A stretch of 64,000 bases of DNA from the NCBI GenBank assembly GCA_965202585.1, contig OZ241830.1, forward strand, positions 23,374,001 to 23,438,000, given 5' to 3'. Position 1 is the first letter of the stretch. Each line of letters opens with the position of its first letter. Below are positions 1 to 11,576 of the stretch, piece by piece. The notes under the pieces are model-generated. The model did not search any database. It was not told the DNA's origin and saw only the letters and a program-made list of their open reading frames with translations. The DNA is from Thalia democratica (taxonomy: Eukaryota). The position numbers and the translations under genes are program-made.

Positions 1-682
1 ACTTCACACTTTTTAGGTGGGCAAACATCTGCAATACAATATAGTACAACTTGATGAATAGCATAAATTATAATTCAATTACATTTAGCTAAACTTTACA
101 TTATGTTTTGCTACCAATTTAAATAAAATAGTCATGTAGACCAACAATTTAGTTTGGAAACTAGGGTCAAATATTGGTTGTTTAATCAGGCTATTTAGTA
201 TTAGGTTGAAGGTTAATTCACCAGTACAAGGATTTATTTATCTTTTACTGATTTAGATATGTTCTTGGGGTTGTTTAAACAGTGTTGTTTATTCAACCCT
301 GTACACTTCAAATACCTATATATAGAATTGTTCCCAATCATAGTTAGAAATGAGTGTCTTTAAATATTACTTTAAATCTAAAAATAACAAAATATACAAC
401 TTTTACAAACTTTGGTTAGTAGTAGAAGTGTCCATCTTCTCCAAACTAATGCTGACTTGGAAACTTTTACTTTAAAATTATAGAGTGTGATATAATAACA
501 ACATTTATTAGATCATGTTGTTTGTCAAAGGAGAAACTATACAACTATGATATGTATAATTTAAGTTTCTACAATTTGGCTGTTTACCAACCTTAGTGGT
601 TTACCATAATTTTTTTTACTATCAGTGTTTATTATGACCAGGGCCTAAGTCATTATTGGTAAACTATAAAACTATTATTTAA

Positions 683-885
683 AATTAAAAGAAAAAACTA
701 AAACGCTTAATCAATGTAATAAACAATTTAAAATTTAACGAGAAAAACTAATACGTTTAATCAATGTAAACAAAGTTTTTAACTTAAAGAAAAAACTAAC
801 ACGTTTAATTAATGTAAACAACAATTTAAAATTTGAAGAAAAATCCTAAGATGTTTAATCAAAGTTAACAACAATTTAAACTTAC
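683..885. repeat. Degenerate tandem repeat, ~49-bp unit, ~4 copies
   Basis: The unit GAAAAAACTAA.ACG.TTAATCAATGTAAACAA.AATTTAAAATTT recurs at ~691, 740, 789 and 838. Confidence 0.8.
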
Positions 886-1938
886 GTTATTTTTAGAAAA
901 AAATAGTTTATCGGTTAATTGCTTAAAGTTTATTTTAATTTGCATATTTTAGCTTATTTCGTATTTTTATAGTTTATATGTTGTTTTCTAAAATAAGGCT
1001 TTAAAGAACTTTATACTTCTTTCTACTTCATTTTAAAAGAAGTCTATAATTTACCACGTTTTTTTAAAGACAAATAAGTCCTTATTTATTGGAATTTATT
1101 AAAGTTCAACGCAACAGTTGTGTTGTTTTCTTAAATTGTTTTATAAGTTGTTACGTATGTTTTATTTTTTTAATTGCATTGTAATAATAGTTACAATTAT
1201 AATTATACAATAATTTATGTGTGTTGTTTAATTACAAAATAGATCATGAGAGTAAAATGGCCAAAAAATAAAAGCCAATCAAACACCAGGGCTAGATTTA
1301 ACTTTAATACTTAACTGAACTATGTCGCTAAAACTAATAATGCGAAGACTAAAATATTTTTTTGTGTAATCTGAAAATTTCGTTCACCCCTAAATGAGGT
1401 TCATGTACCCTAAACGTTTCGTGCACGCGAAAAAAAATTGTGTACACTATCGTGCACCAGTTTATTTTGAAGTAATTTTGTGTGCAAACTGTAATGATTT
1501 TTTTTATAATTTACTTTGATTAGCTAATTAGTTATAAAATACATTTAGTAAACTTTATTTAGATAAATAAATTTATTAAATTTTATTTATTGTTTTAAGA
1601 CTAATTAAAACATAAAAAAAAAACTCACTGGAAAATTGTGTAATTTTTGCCGATAAAAACAACCAGCAAAAAACCGGTCTTCAGAGGACAGAAAATTTTG
1701 GAGATGTTTTGGAAATGTATTTCTCCTCATATAAACTGATGCAGAAAAGTTAGAATGTTATATATTTAGTGAGAGAAAAATCGTTTGAATTTCTAAAATA
1801 AATTTTAAACAAACAAAGATAGCAGGCAGTTCTATAAGAAAAACTTTTTACATTGTAAGTTAATTGTTTAACTGAGTATAAAGGAGAAGACAAAAGTATT
1901 TTAAACACTTTTGTTTTTGGTATATAACAAAAAGAATA

Positions 1939-2038
1939 NNNNNNNNNNNNNNNNNNNNNNNNNNNNNNNNNNNNNNNNNNNNNNNNNNNNNNNNNNNNNN
2001 NNNNNNNNNNNNNNNNNNNNNNNNNNNNNNNNNNNNNN
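1939..2038. other. Assembly gap (100 N)
   Basis: Run of exactly 100 N, probably a placeholder, so the true gap length is unknown. Confidence 0.99.
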
Positions 2039-5000
2039 ATATCTTTAGACTTTGTAAACTTATATTCCTTGACTAATTGATAAACATTTAGTTATACCTC
2101 AGTATATCCGAAATTTTGTTAACAATAAGAGTTTAAATTGAAATTCTGAAAGAAATATTACTGTGTTCAATAATGAAATAACGAAAGTTTAAAACATTAA
2201 ACAAATAATTAGCACTCTTGCCTTTATATGAACAAACATCTAAAAAGAAATCTAATGAAACATCCTAGCAAAAAGTAGCAGTGATACTTAATAAATATAG
2301 AGTTTACACTTAGCACAAATGCCTAATTATAAATTGAATTTGCTAAATGAAATAGAATTTAAATGTTAAGTAACAAATAAATCACATATAAATAAAGATA
2401 AAATCTACTTATTATTAAAACTTTTCTAAATGTATTACTATTTTATATAAATTTGTATCCTTTTTTTTTATAAAAAATGTACAGTTTTATCTTTTGTTTT
2501 CATATTTATAAACAAATTAAACACATTTTTAAAAAGTGATAAAGTCCCCAGTCTGCTTTTAACAAGAAGCAATATCGAAAATAGCCATTATAGTAAGTAT
2601 ATTTGGTACCTCTCGTATCTTTATGCAATTTTTTTGTGGACACAATGTGCGTAAATAAGCGAGAGGTTACTGTAACTATCGACTCCAAGACCTATGTGAA
2701 AGAAATTAAAGTTAATTTAAACTTTTGTTTTAGAACGTGTAAACTGTTTTATAACTTAAAAAAACAATCAACTACTACAGCGAACATACTTTACTGAGCT
2801 TTTGTACGTGTAAAGAGACTTTCTTACTTAAAAAAATAGTTATTTTAAAGTGTAGACAAACAAAAAAAGTTTAAAAATAGTAATTAAACAAACATACTAC
2901 AGTTGAATTAAAGCTAGTTATTACAAGTTTTTTTTTCTTTGTCACAAAAAAAAGTACTTTACAGATCTTGAAAAATCTATTTTAATTTAATTATGTATAC
3001 CATTTTTAAGTAAGTACTCTTAAAATATGATTTTTTATTCTAAAAGCTATAGTTATAGCATATGTCAATAAAAACTGGGAAACTGAACTAAAGCCTTGAA
3101 AATTTTCAAACGTAAAACCTGACATTTAAATTTGTTCAAAAGATAAATGTATAAATTATTATAGTTAGAAAAAAAAAGGAGTAAGAACCTTTCTAAAAAA
3201 GTAAAGTATAAAAAAACTTAAAAGCTATTAAAGTATGTTGTATTGCTACTGCAGACGTAATGAAAGTATAAAAAAAGTAATTAAAATTTACTTTATTTTG
3301 TTTAATTTAAACTGTATTTACTTCAACATGCTTTTAAGAAACAACAAGAAACAAAACATGTGTTTGTTTAAGAAAACAATCTGTTGAAGTAATTTTTATA
3401 CAATAAATAAAACTGTTTATTTACCAACATTGAGTTACTTTCAATGTGTTACTATATTAGTCAGCTAAAACAACGTAGTTAACGGAAACGATTATTCATC
3501 GTTTATAATGGTAACACGTTTTGTCATTCCAATAGGCTTTTGTCATACGATATAAATACATAAGTATAAAGCTTATTTAAGCAGTAGTAAAAATCATAAT
3601 GTTAAAATTTAAAATTGGTCAAAACTAGAAAAACAAAATCAGTTTAAAATAAAATTCAAAAAAAATTTGCATTTTCGAGAACTTTGGAATAATGGAATCT
3701 CATTAACGAATAAAACGTTGACAAGCACATTAAAACTGTTAAAATTTTGTAAATTTAATGGATTTTTTGGTGTTAAGTTTTGATTTAAAGTATTTTATTG
3801 GTTGTCTCGTATTTATTACTTTAATAAATAAAAACGTAGATTGGCGTTTTTGCTTCAATGAAAAAAATCTTTGATTAAAAACTTACATATACTTATCAAA
3901 AAATTACCAAGTACTATTAATACTTTTTCAACATTTTATATTTGAAACTAATTATAAACTTTAATCAGAAGTACTCTGAAAACATTTTTTTTTTTGCTAA
4001 AGGCATTTAATAAAATCAGTTTTAATTAAAGAGCTAGAAGTAACTGCATAATGTTTTAAAATGCTTTAAAACAAAATATCTTTCCACAAATCTATTGATT
4101 GTAGTGTCTATTTAAGTTGTTATAATAAATTTAATTATGATACTTAGTATCTTAGAATGAGTTTAACGAACAGTACTAACTTTTTTTGGTTGTTATATTT
4201 TATAAATTTGATTTATTTAGCACATACTATAATATTGAATTGCTGGTTTAACAAAATTAAAAACTTTTTGTCAACCACTTTTAAAATAGAAGAACCAGTA
4301 TCAAGGTTTATATATTACATTGACATTAGTTATACACTTTTTAATTTACCAACTGATTTTTTTGTCTTAATAACTTCATAACTTCAAGAATTAAAAAGAA
4401 TAATGAATTTGTGTAATTAACGTGAGGAATATAAGACTCAAATTTGTTTTAATTTTTTTCAAAACTCAAACTACTTGAAGCTTTTTTTTTAAATTTTACG
4501 GCTAGTTTTTATAACTTCAAAATCATTTTTTTTAGTCATTTGTTCCTAAGATTAAGTTATAGTACTTTTTAAAGTTTTTAACTATTGAAACTTCTTTTTA
4601 AACTCATTCATAAACCCAGGCTTATCAAGACAGTTTGGTGTTCCACGAACCAAGTTTTTGGTTTAACGAGTGCTAACTCTGTAAACAATAAAAAAAATAC
4701 TTTTACCTTACTAAAATTATTAAGCAATTACTAATGAAGCTACTCTATTTAAGAAAACATAGATTCATACTTAGTAAAATCTTCTGAACTAGAGCAAATT
4801 TATAAAATAACAACTAAAGATACGTAAATTGTATATAGTATTATTTTAGTTTTACACACTTATAGTGATTTTAACATAACTGAAAAACAGTGTGCCCAGG
4901 TAATATATTTAAAAAATGAAAGGTTTACGTTTTAACTTTAATCATTATCAATAAGGTGGATTTGTTAGTATGCTATGATGTTTTCTAATATAAACAAGCT

Positions 5001-5040
5001 GTTATAATCAGTTGTTAAATTTATCAAGGTTAAGTTTTAG

Positions 5041-5382
5041 TTTGTAAATGTTCGCTTTAAAAACATACATGATCTAAAATATCATCAAAGAACTTCATAT
5101 GACGACGTAGATCGCCAAATGGCTCAACATTCTCAAGAAGATCATCAAATGGCTTCATATCATCAAGAAAGTCATCAAATGGCTTCAAATGACAAATTAA
5201 GTCATGAAATGGCTCTAAATCATCAAGATGAACGCCAAATAGATGCATACAATCGAGAAGGCTGGTCTCCGTTACCTCAAGAAGATCCGAAGATTGCTTT
5301 CTTGGCTTCCAAAGACCAACAGTCGTTTTCGCAGAGTCAAAAGAAGAATCAGAATGCTTTAAAGCGTAATAAGCAGAAATAG
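5041..5382 (+). CDS. Candidate terminal coding exon with 10-aa (30-bp) internal repeats; product unknown, strand not certain
   Basis: TTTTAG acceptor ends at 5040. An in-frame open reading FVNVRF...HQMASYHQES...KRNKQK* runs to 5382 and contains ORF 5119..5382. A possible preceding 34-nt exon lies at 4866-4899 (CAG|GTAATA). The opposite strand is also open for ~320 nt with a GTATGT donor, so the orientation is ambiguous. Confidence 0.35.
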   Translation, partial: FVNVRFKNIHDLKYHQRTSYDDVDRQMAQHSQEDHQMASYHQESHQMASNDKLSHEMALNHQDERQIDAYNREGWSPLPQEDPKIAFLASKDQQSFSQSQKKNQNALKRNKQK

Positions 5383-6122
5383 TTCAACCCGTAAAACTGC
5401 TTAAAAAGAAATACTTTATGTTCTAATTCGTGCGGTGTGAGTTGTAAAATTTTTGTAAGTTTGTATAAAATGACTTGTTTGGTTGTTATGTTTAACATAC
5501 ATTTATTCATAAACTAAGAACAAGCTACTGAAGTAACTATAATGAAATTTACAATCTATAAAGGTAGTGTTTAATCGTAGTAGTTTATCGTTCAATAAAC
5601 ATTAACTAAGTTTTCATAATTTGATTAAATTTTAATTTAATCATTAAACACTGTTCGGGAGTTTTATTATTTTTAAATTAAGAACCTTATTAATTTTTTA
5701 CCAATTGTATATTAATATTTAATTAAGTTTTGCCCGTCTCTATTAATAGATTTTTATTAAATTTCTTGTTTTAAAACATTTTATCAAAAAATAATTTTTT
5801 AGCCATACCGCGATTCGCGAAACTTGAATTATAAATTAATTAATCATATTTCGTAAATATGCTGTTTAGCACCAAAATTAGGTTACGTGACAATTCAAAT
5901 TTAGTAAATTCAAATTTCAAAAACTCAAATTAATTAAAATATTCAAGAGACCATATGTTAAAATGTTATACATTTGAAAAAAAGTATGAATGCTGGTTTT
6001 ATTAGTATCCAGAAGCTTTTTTTTTTTTGCAAAATTTTAAGTGTTTTTAATCATACTTAAAAATTACTTAAGATCACTATATTTTGAGACTTATATTAAG
6101 AAAAAGAAGAAAAAAACAAGTA

Positions 6123-6760
6123 CTATACTACAACCCCCTATTTAGCTCAACATCAAAAACCAAATTAGAAATATAATTTCTAAAGTTAGTAGATAAACAC
6201 TTCCCTAAAAACGGACCTCTCAATAAAATTCTGAACAGAAACACAATCAAAATAAGATACTCATGTATGCCCAACGTAGAATCCGAAATTAGCAAATCAA
6301 ATCTTAAAATCATAGAGGAAATGCCAGAAGAAAAATGAAACAACTTGCAATTGCAGAATTAGAACCTCATGTCCAGTGGAAGGCAAATGCCTTCCCAGAA
6401 GTGTTATATACAAAGCTACGGTCAAATATAATAACAAAGAACATCATTATATTGGATCCACCGCAAGAAAATTTAAATTAAGATACAATGACCTTATGCA
6501 TAGCTTCAGAAATAAAAATCTGAGAGAATCGACGAAACTGAGCTCTTCCATTCAGACCGCCAAGTTCAACAAAGAGATGATCAAGAAAAACGTCAAATGG
6601 AAGATAATGCATAAAATTAATCAACGCCAAAATTTGCTACCTGTGCAATGTAAAAAGACTGGAAATAGCATTTGCTGGCAAAAAATCATCATCCCTTAAC
6701 TCCAGAACTGAGTTAATTGGCAAATGCAGACCCTTCGCTAAATTTTATTTAAAATCATAG
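6123..6760 (+). mobile_element. Penelope-like retroelement remnant: RT C-terminal linker, Cys knuckle and GIY-YIG endonuclease, disrupted
   Basis: Conceptual translation YYNPLFS...FLKLVDKHFP...LNKILNRNTIKIRYSCMPN, then CNCRIRTSCPVEGKCL..SVIYKATV...YIGST..KFKLRYN, ending in LNSRTELIGKCR. These are characteristic PLE 3' ORF motifs. Stops at ~6174 and ~6337 and frameshifts indicate decay. Includes ORF 6376..6699. Confidence 0.88.
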
Positions 6761-7090
6761 CATTGTCATGTCCGTATTTGCAAGTTTTATAAGTTTGTTG
6801 CTATTGTGCTTGAATTTTCATTGTATTATTATTCTATTTGTATTTCCATTTATTTATTTTGTTTATTATTTTTGTATACCATATCCAATAATTTTTTTTC
6901 AATAAATTTTATCTAACTCCCGTTATTACTTGAATGATAGCTCTTTAATAACTATTAAATTGGCAATTAAGAATTTTGGATTTTTTTTCTTAATTTAACA
7001 AACTCATTTAATTTAATCAGTTTTAATTAGAATATAGTTAGTGACGATTATTAGCACCTAATAATAGTATATATGGCTTTGTCTGTCTTA

Positions 7091-7143
7091 CTTTATAGAG
7101 TTTTTAAATCGTTATCATTGCGTTAGCATGAAACACTGTGTAG
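7091..7143 (+). ncRNA. Degenerate minimal hammerhead-ribozyme-like motif at the PLE 3' end (probably inactive)
   Basis: CTTTATAGAGTTT pairs imperfectly (9/13) with AAACACTGTGTAG as stem III; TGC-GTTA-GCA hairpin forms stem II, followed by TGAAAC. The catalytic CUGAUGA box reads GTTATCA. PLE terminal repeats are known to carry minimal hammerheads. Confidence 0.35.
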
Positions 7144-10100
7144 AATAAATACTCTTAATTTGAAATTGTCTAATTAATGAGACTTATATTAGCCAAGTTT
7201 TTAAAAATATTTGAAATTTTAGAAAAAATTAAAAATAACTTGTAGGTGTTAATAAGACTTACATACGTACTTTTATTTATACATTACTTTTTAAGCTATT
7301 TTACTTAATTTTTTTTAAGATTTCGAATTTAATTAGTCGTGCAGCCCCTTAATTGATACTATTCTAGTAATTATATCTAAGGAAAACTTGATGTAGGCAG
7401 GTAGCTTTTCAGTTGGCAGGAAACAACAACATTCGCATTGTTTGATCGTATTTTTATAAATAAACGTAGAAAAAATAAATAAAACTATTTAAAGGAAATT
7501 TAAAATTACACAATCACAAAATAAAAATTATTTTATACTGAAGTGCAGTTTTAGAGTCTAGGTTAAATCTATTTGAAAACAACTGAAACGTACCGACATA
7601 AAATCTACTTTACACGAGTGTCAATTTATTGATATTCGTAGTTGCTAATATTTTATCAATATAATATACAATTCAATAATATTTGGTAAATTATTTATAT
7701 TTTTATCAGTACTATTTATTATGATTTAGCATGCGTCTAAATCTTTCTGTATGTTTTCTAAACAAGATTTATTTCGTTTACTTAATAACGTTTGTTAATA
7801 TATGCTTTTAAATATATTATTTGCTTTAATTTTTAGATAAAAAAGTTATTGAAAACATTGTTTAAAGTTAAAAGCTAGTGAAATAGGTGTTTTACTAAAA
7901 CATAAGTAATCAAAAGACAAAAGTCTTAAAACATAAGTTTATGGTTAAACAATATTCTCTTAGGAATACAATGTACATGGTTTGTAAAAGTACATGTGAA
8001 AATTCTAACACTAAATTTTTGTTTGATTGAAGTCAGTTATGCATGTAATTAGTTGTAAAGCTTTTCTTTTTAGATTTATTGAATTTTAATTTGTGAAGAT
8101 TAAATTACCTTTTAATAAAACTCTCCTAACAACTTGATTTTCTAAATATCTGTTTCCAAACTTTATTACTTTAGTTGTATTAAGTACTATACAAACTATT
8201 ACAAATTTGTTTGAAAGTTTAGTATTGTATAATTTTCAAAATAAAAAGTACCGTGTGAAATGGTTTTCATGTAATTATAATAAGCTTGCATTCTTTAGAT
8301 TAGTTATCAAATAGTAATTAAAATATCAATGAAACTATTGTAGTTAAATGCTTTCTTGAAAGTATTTTAAAGTAATTATACTGTAAAAACCCAAATCACT
8401 TCCATGAATAAGTTTATTGTTTTGTTTGTAACCGATAAACCTAAACAAAAAAATTTTTTTTTTGCTTTTATGTTAAAAATTTCAAAATTTTCTATTACTG
8501 CATGCTACCGGCTAAAGTGTAGTGATTTGTTCTATTAAACTAGTCAAAAGTTAATATGGAAAAACAAAATAAAATGTAAACTCCTCATTTTAAATACAGT
8601 TTATAATAAATGATTAACTAAGTTTTTATAATTTAATAATAGTTTAAGAAAATTTAGAAACTTAATAAATCTTAACTCGTTTTATATTGAAGTTTACTTT
8701 GAAAAATTTGGGAATATTTGTATTATTATTTTTTGTATACAACAACACAGTTCTTTTTAACTTGTTGTGGGTCCTTTTTAACGAGTGGTATTAGGGGCAG
8801 GAAAATATTTTTAGACGTCGTTCTTTTGCACGAAGGGTAACTTTTACGTATTATAATAAAAAAATATATCTATATTGTTTGTAAAATGTATAATAAATTG
8901 AAAACAACTTATAGGCTGAACAAGTACAACCAAATTTATAACTTTTATTGCTTTGAATATGTTTATTGAGTAAATAAGATTTCTTTTTTATAAAGTTAGT
9001 ATAAAATATTACATTTTTTAAACAAAAAAAATACTTTTTTTAACAGCCATGTTCCAAACGATAAACACTTGTAGTTAATACTAACTCAGATTGGAATTAA
9101 AAACTTTGTCTTTCCCTTACTTATATTAGTGTTTATAGGTTGGAGCTTGAGTAAAAAATTAAATTTAGCTTTAAAAAAAGTTATTTTTGATTGAATGTCC
9201 ACTTAACTTTTTAATTTAGCACTTTTAAAACTTAGTTACATTCTTATCAAAACTTTTTACGTTTTGTTGTTTAAGGAATCATTTACAACTTTACAAACTT
9301 ATAAAAACAAAACTTTTGCAGGGTTTTATTTATTGTTAATACTATAAATAAGAAAAAGATTTGAACTCTTTTTTACAAAGGTGAAATTTTTAAAACAAAT
9401 CTTTAAATTTCTTTTACGAGACCAAAAAATTAGAAAATAAAAAACTTAATAAATTTGCTTTTTAACTCTTATTTTAAATATAAATGATGTATAAATTACA
9501 ACTAATAACTAAGTTAAATATCAACGTTGAATGTATAGTATTTGGAAGCCTTTAAACTCATACAATTGTTTTGCAAAGTTTGCAAAAAATAATTGTATTA
9601 AAATATACAAACATTTTTATCTTTTGTCAAACTTAAAATAAATTGCAAACAGCTTATAACTTGACTTGATTTGTATATTTTAAATATATTTTGCTAAAAA
9701 TATGTTTATTAGTTAATATAAGAAGTTAAAATTTGTTTTTTTGATTGAAAAAATAGATAATTACAAAAAAAGTGTTTAAAATTTAAATACAAATAATAAG
9801 ACATCATGCATTGCTAAATTCTATTAGTACTTTAAAAGTAAATAATCTGTTCTTTATAACTTCAAATAAACTATTAAAATGAAAAGAAAAACATAAAAGT
9901 TGTTTTTAAACCGCCATCTCATAATTTTAAATTTTTTTAATTTATTTTTTTAACCAAGATGAGAATTAAAAATTTTTCTTTGCTGTAATTACTTTAGTTG
10001 TGATTAGAAATTCAAGTTATGTAACTAAAAATAATACTTTTGAATAAATGGCAACTTAACTTTATAATTTAGGAAGTTTTACTCTAGATTATATTCTTAA

Positions 10101-10553
10101 TTATCATTTTTCTACGTTTTGTTGTTTAAGTAAGCAGTAAGAATTCTAAATATCAAACAGTTTGTGAATATTCAAAACAAAAAAATTATAAGGTTTGATT
10201 AATTATTAGTACTATTAAAAAAATGTATAATTTCTTGCTTACGTAATTAACTTAGTATTAATTAATCCATTTTCACTAGAGTTCGTAAGGAAAAAATAAG
10301 TAAATTATCAAATGATTTTAGGTTGATTTAAGTATTGTCTTAAATTATCAAAGATGTTAAAATACCTAATACAAAAAAGTACTTAGATAGTTTTTTGATT
10401 TATTTGTAAATCCGAAGTTGTATACAAAATCTAGTCAACAGCTAAAATATTTCATGAAATTCTCATTTAAAGAAATGAACTTTGTTTTGTTTATAGTGCA
10501 AAAACTTTTATTATATTAAATATTTATTTAGATATTTAGAATATCAACTAAAT

Positions 10554-11261
10554 ATGAATTCAAATGAAGAAAATAAGCTTCCTTATAGACAAGTTATTCA
10601 TCATTTTTGTGTTTTCCAATTTGTAAGATAAAATTTTACTACAAAGTTTATGTTAGTTGAATTTAGTATCAAACCATAAATAATCAAATGCAAAACCGTT
10701 GTTGTTTAAGTACTTAACTTACAACTTAGGTAACTAAAAAGGATTATTTGGATAAAGAGAAAGCAGTATTTTGGGGATTTTCTGAAGTTTACCCTTATCT
10801 AGTTGATGTTTTGAAACAGCTCGATTCAGGAAGGTTGTTGATATAATAAACATTAACATTATTAGAATATCATACTTTTCTGGTTAACTTGGAACTTCTT
10901 GGAACTTTTAAATACATTTAAACATACTTATATATATATATGTATTATATACATTATACAGTATTACCTGACTTGAAGTTATTCAAACTTAATATAACTA
11001 ATACATATTCATTATGAAAAATAATACAAATTGAAAACTATACAAAAATTTGAGTTTTTAATTTCTCATCATCTTCGCAGTATTGATGACACTGAAGTAG
11101 TGTTGAAAGTCTTGTTACTCCTACAAGTACACCCAAATCTAATTGACCTCTTCATAAAAACTTTCTTACCTAAAGGATTTATTGAGGTTTTCCAATTTAA
11201 ATTTAAAATGTATAATGTCATTTTTTGCATGAAAAATAAGTTAATTAAAGTTTTCAACTGA
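10554..11261 (+). CDS. Sin3-type PAH-domain micro-gene/module 1 (exons 10554-10592, 10730-10833, 11081-11261; ~107 aa)
   Basis: Spliced phases 0 and 2 are compatible and give MNSNEENKLPYRQ-VTKKDYLDKEKAVFWGFSEVYPYLVDVLKQLDSGS-IDDTEVVLKVLLLLQVHPNLIDLFIKTFLPKGFIEV..., matching the Sin3 PAH1 pattern YLDxVKxxF...VY..F.DI.KxFxSxSID..GV..RV..LF.GHP.LI..FN.FLP.G..IEV. Acceptors ACTTAG and TCGCAG; donors weak (GTTATT, GTTGTT). Exon 3 may instead splice out at 11187. Confidence 0.62.
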
Positions 11262-11576
11262 CAAAATACTAAAAACTGTTGTATAATTCACGTGAACAAC
11301 TCAGTTCAAACCCGCAATCAATTTTTACCCTATCAGATCCGATAACTGCTTACCGACCAAGGGTAAGGTAACCAAGAGAGAAAAAAAAATAAGAAAAAAT
11401 ATTGAGTAGGAATTGTGCGTGGATCAGAATTGTGCGGGAGGGAACTGTAAGTGTTCCACAATTAACATGTATACAAACGTATTTTGAAGTTTTAATTTTT
11501 TTAAACAATTTAATAAGCTGTATAAGTGCTGTGTAAAATTTATAAACAAAACAAAAATTAAGTACTATATTAAAAG

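Noticed and set aside
2520-2691. Minus-strand text resembling a monocarboxylate-transporter or GPCR helix (GLGVDSYSNLSLIYA...NILTIMAIFDIASC)
   Set aside because: Needs a frameshift and read-through of stops, and no other hallmark motifs of either family were found.
4288-4302. DTGSS aspartic-protease-like motif on the minus strand
   Set aside because: Preceded by an in-frame stop three codons upstream of the Asn-Leu before it; no other LTR-element domains nearby.
11069-11257. Minus-strand ORF resembling a GPCR C-terminal tail (SINPLG...FGCTCRS)
   Set aside because: The plus strand here gives a much better match to the second half of a PAH domain, with a phase-compatible acceptor.
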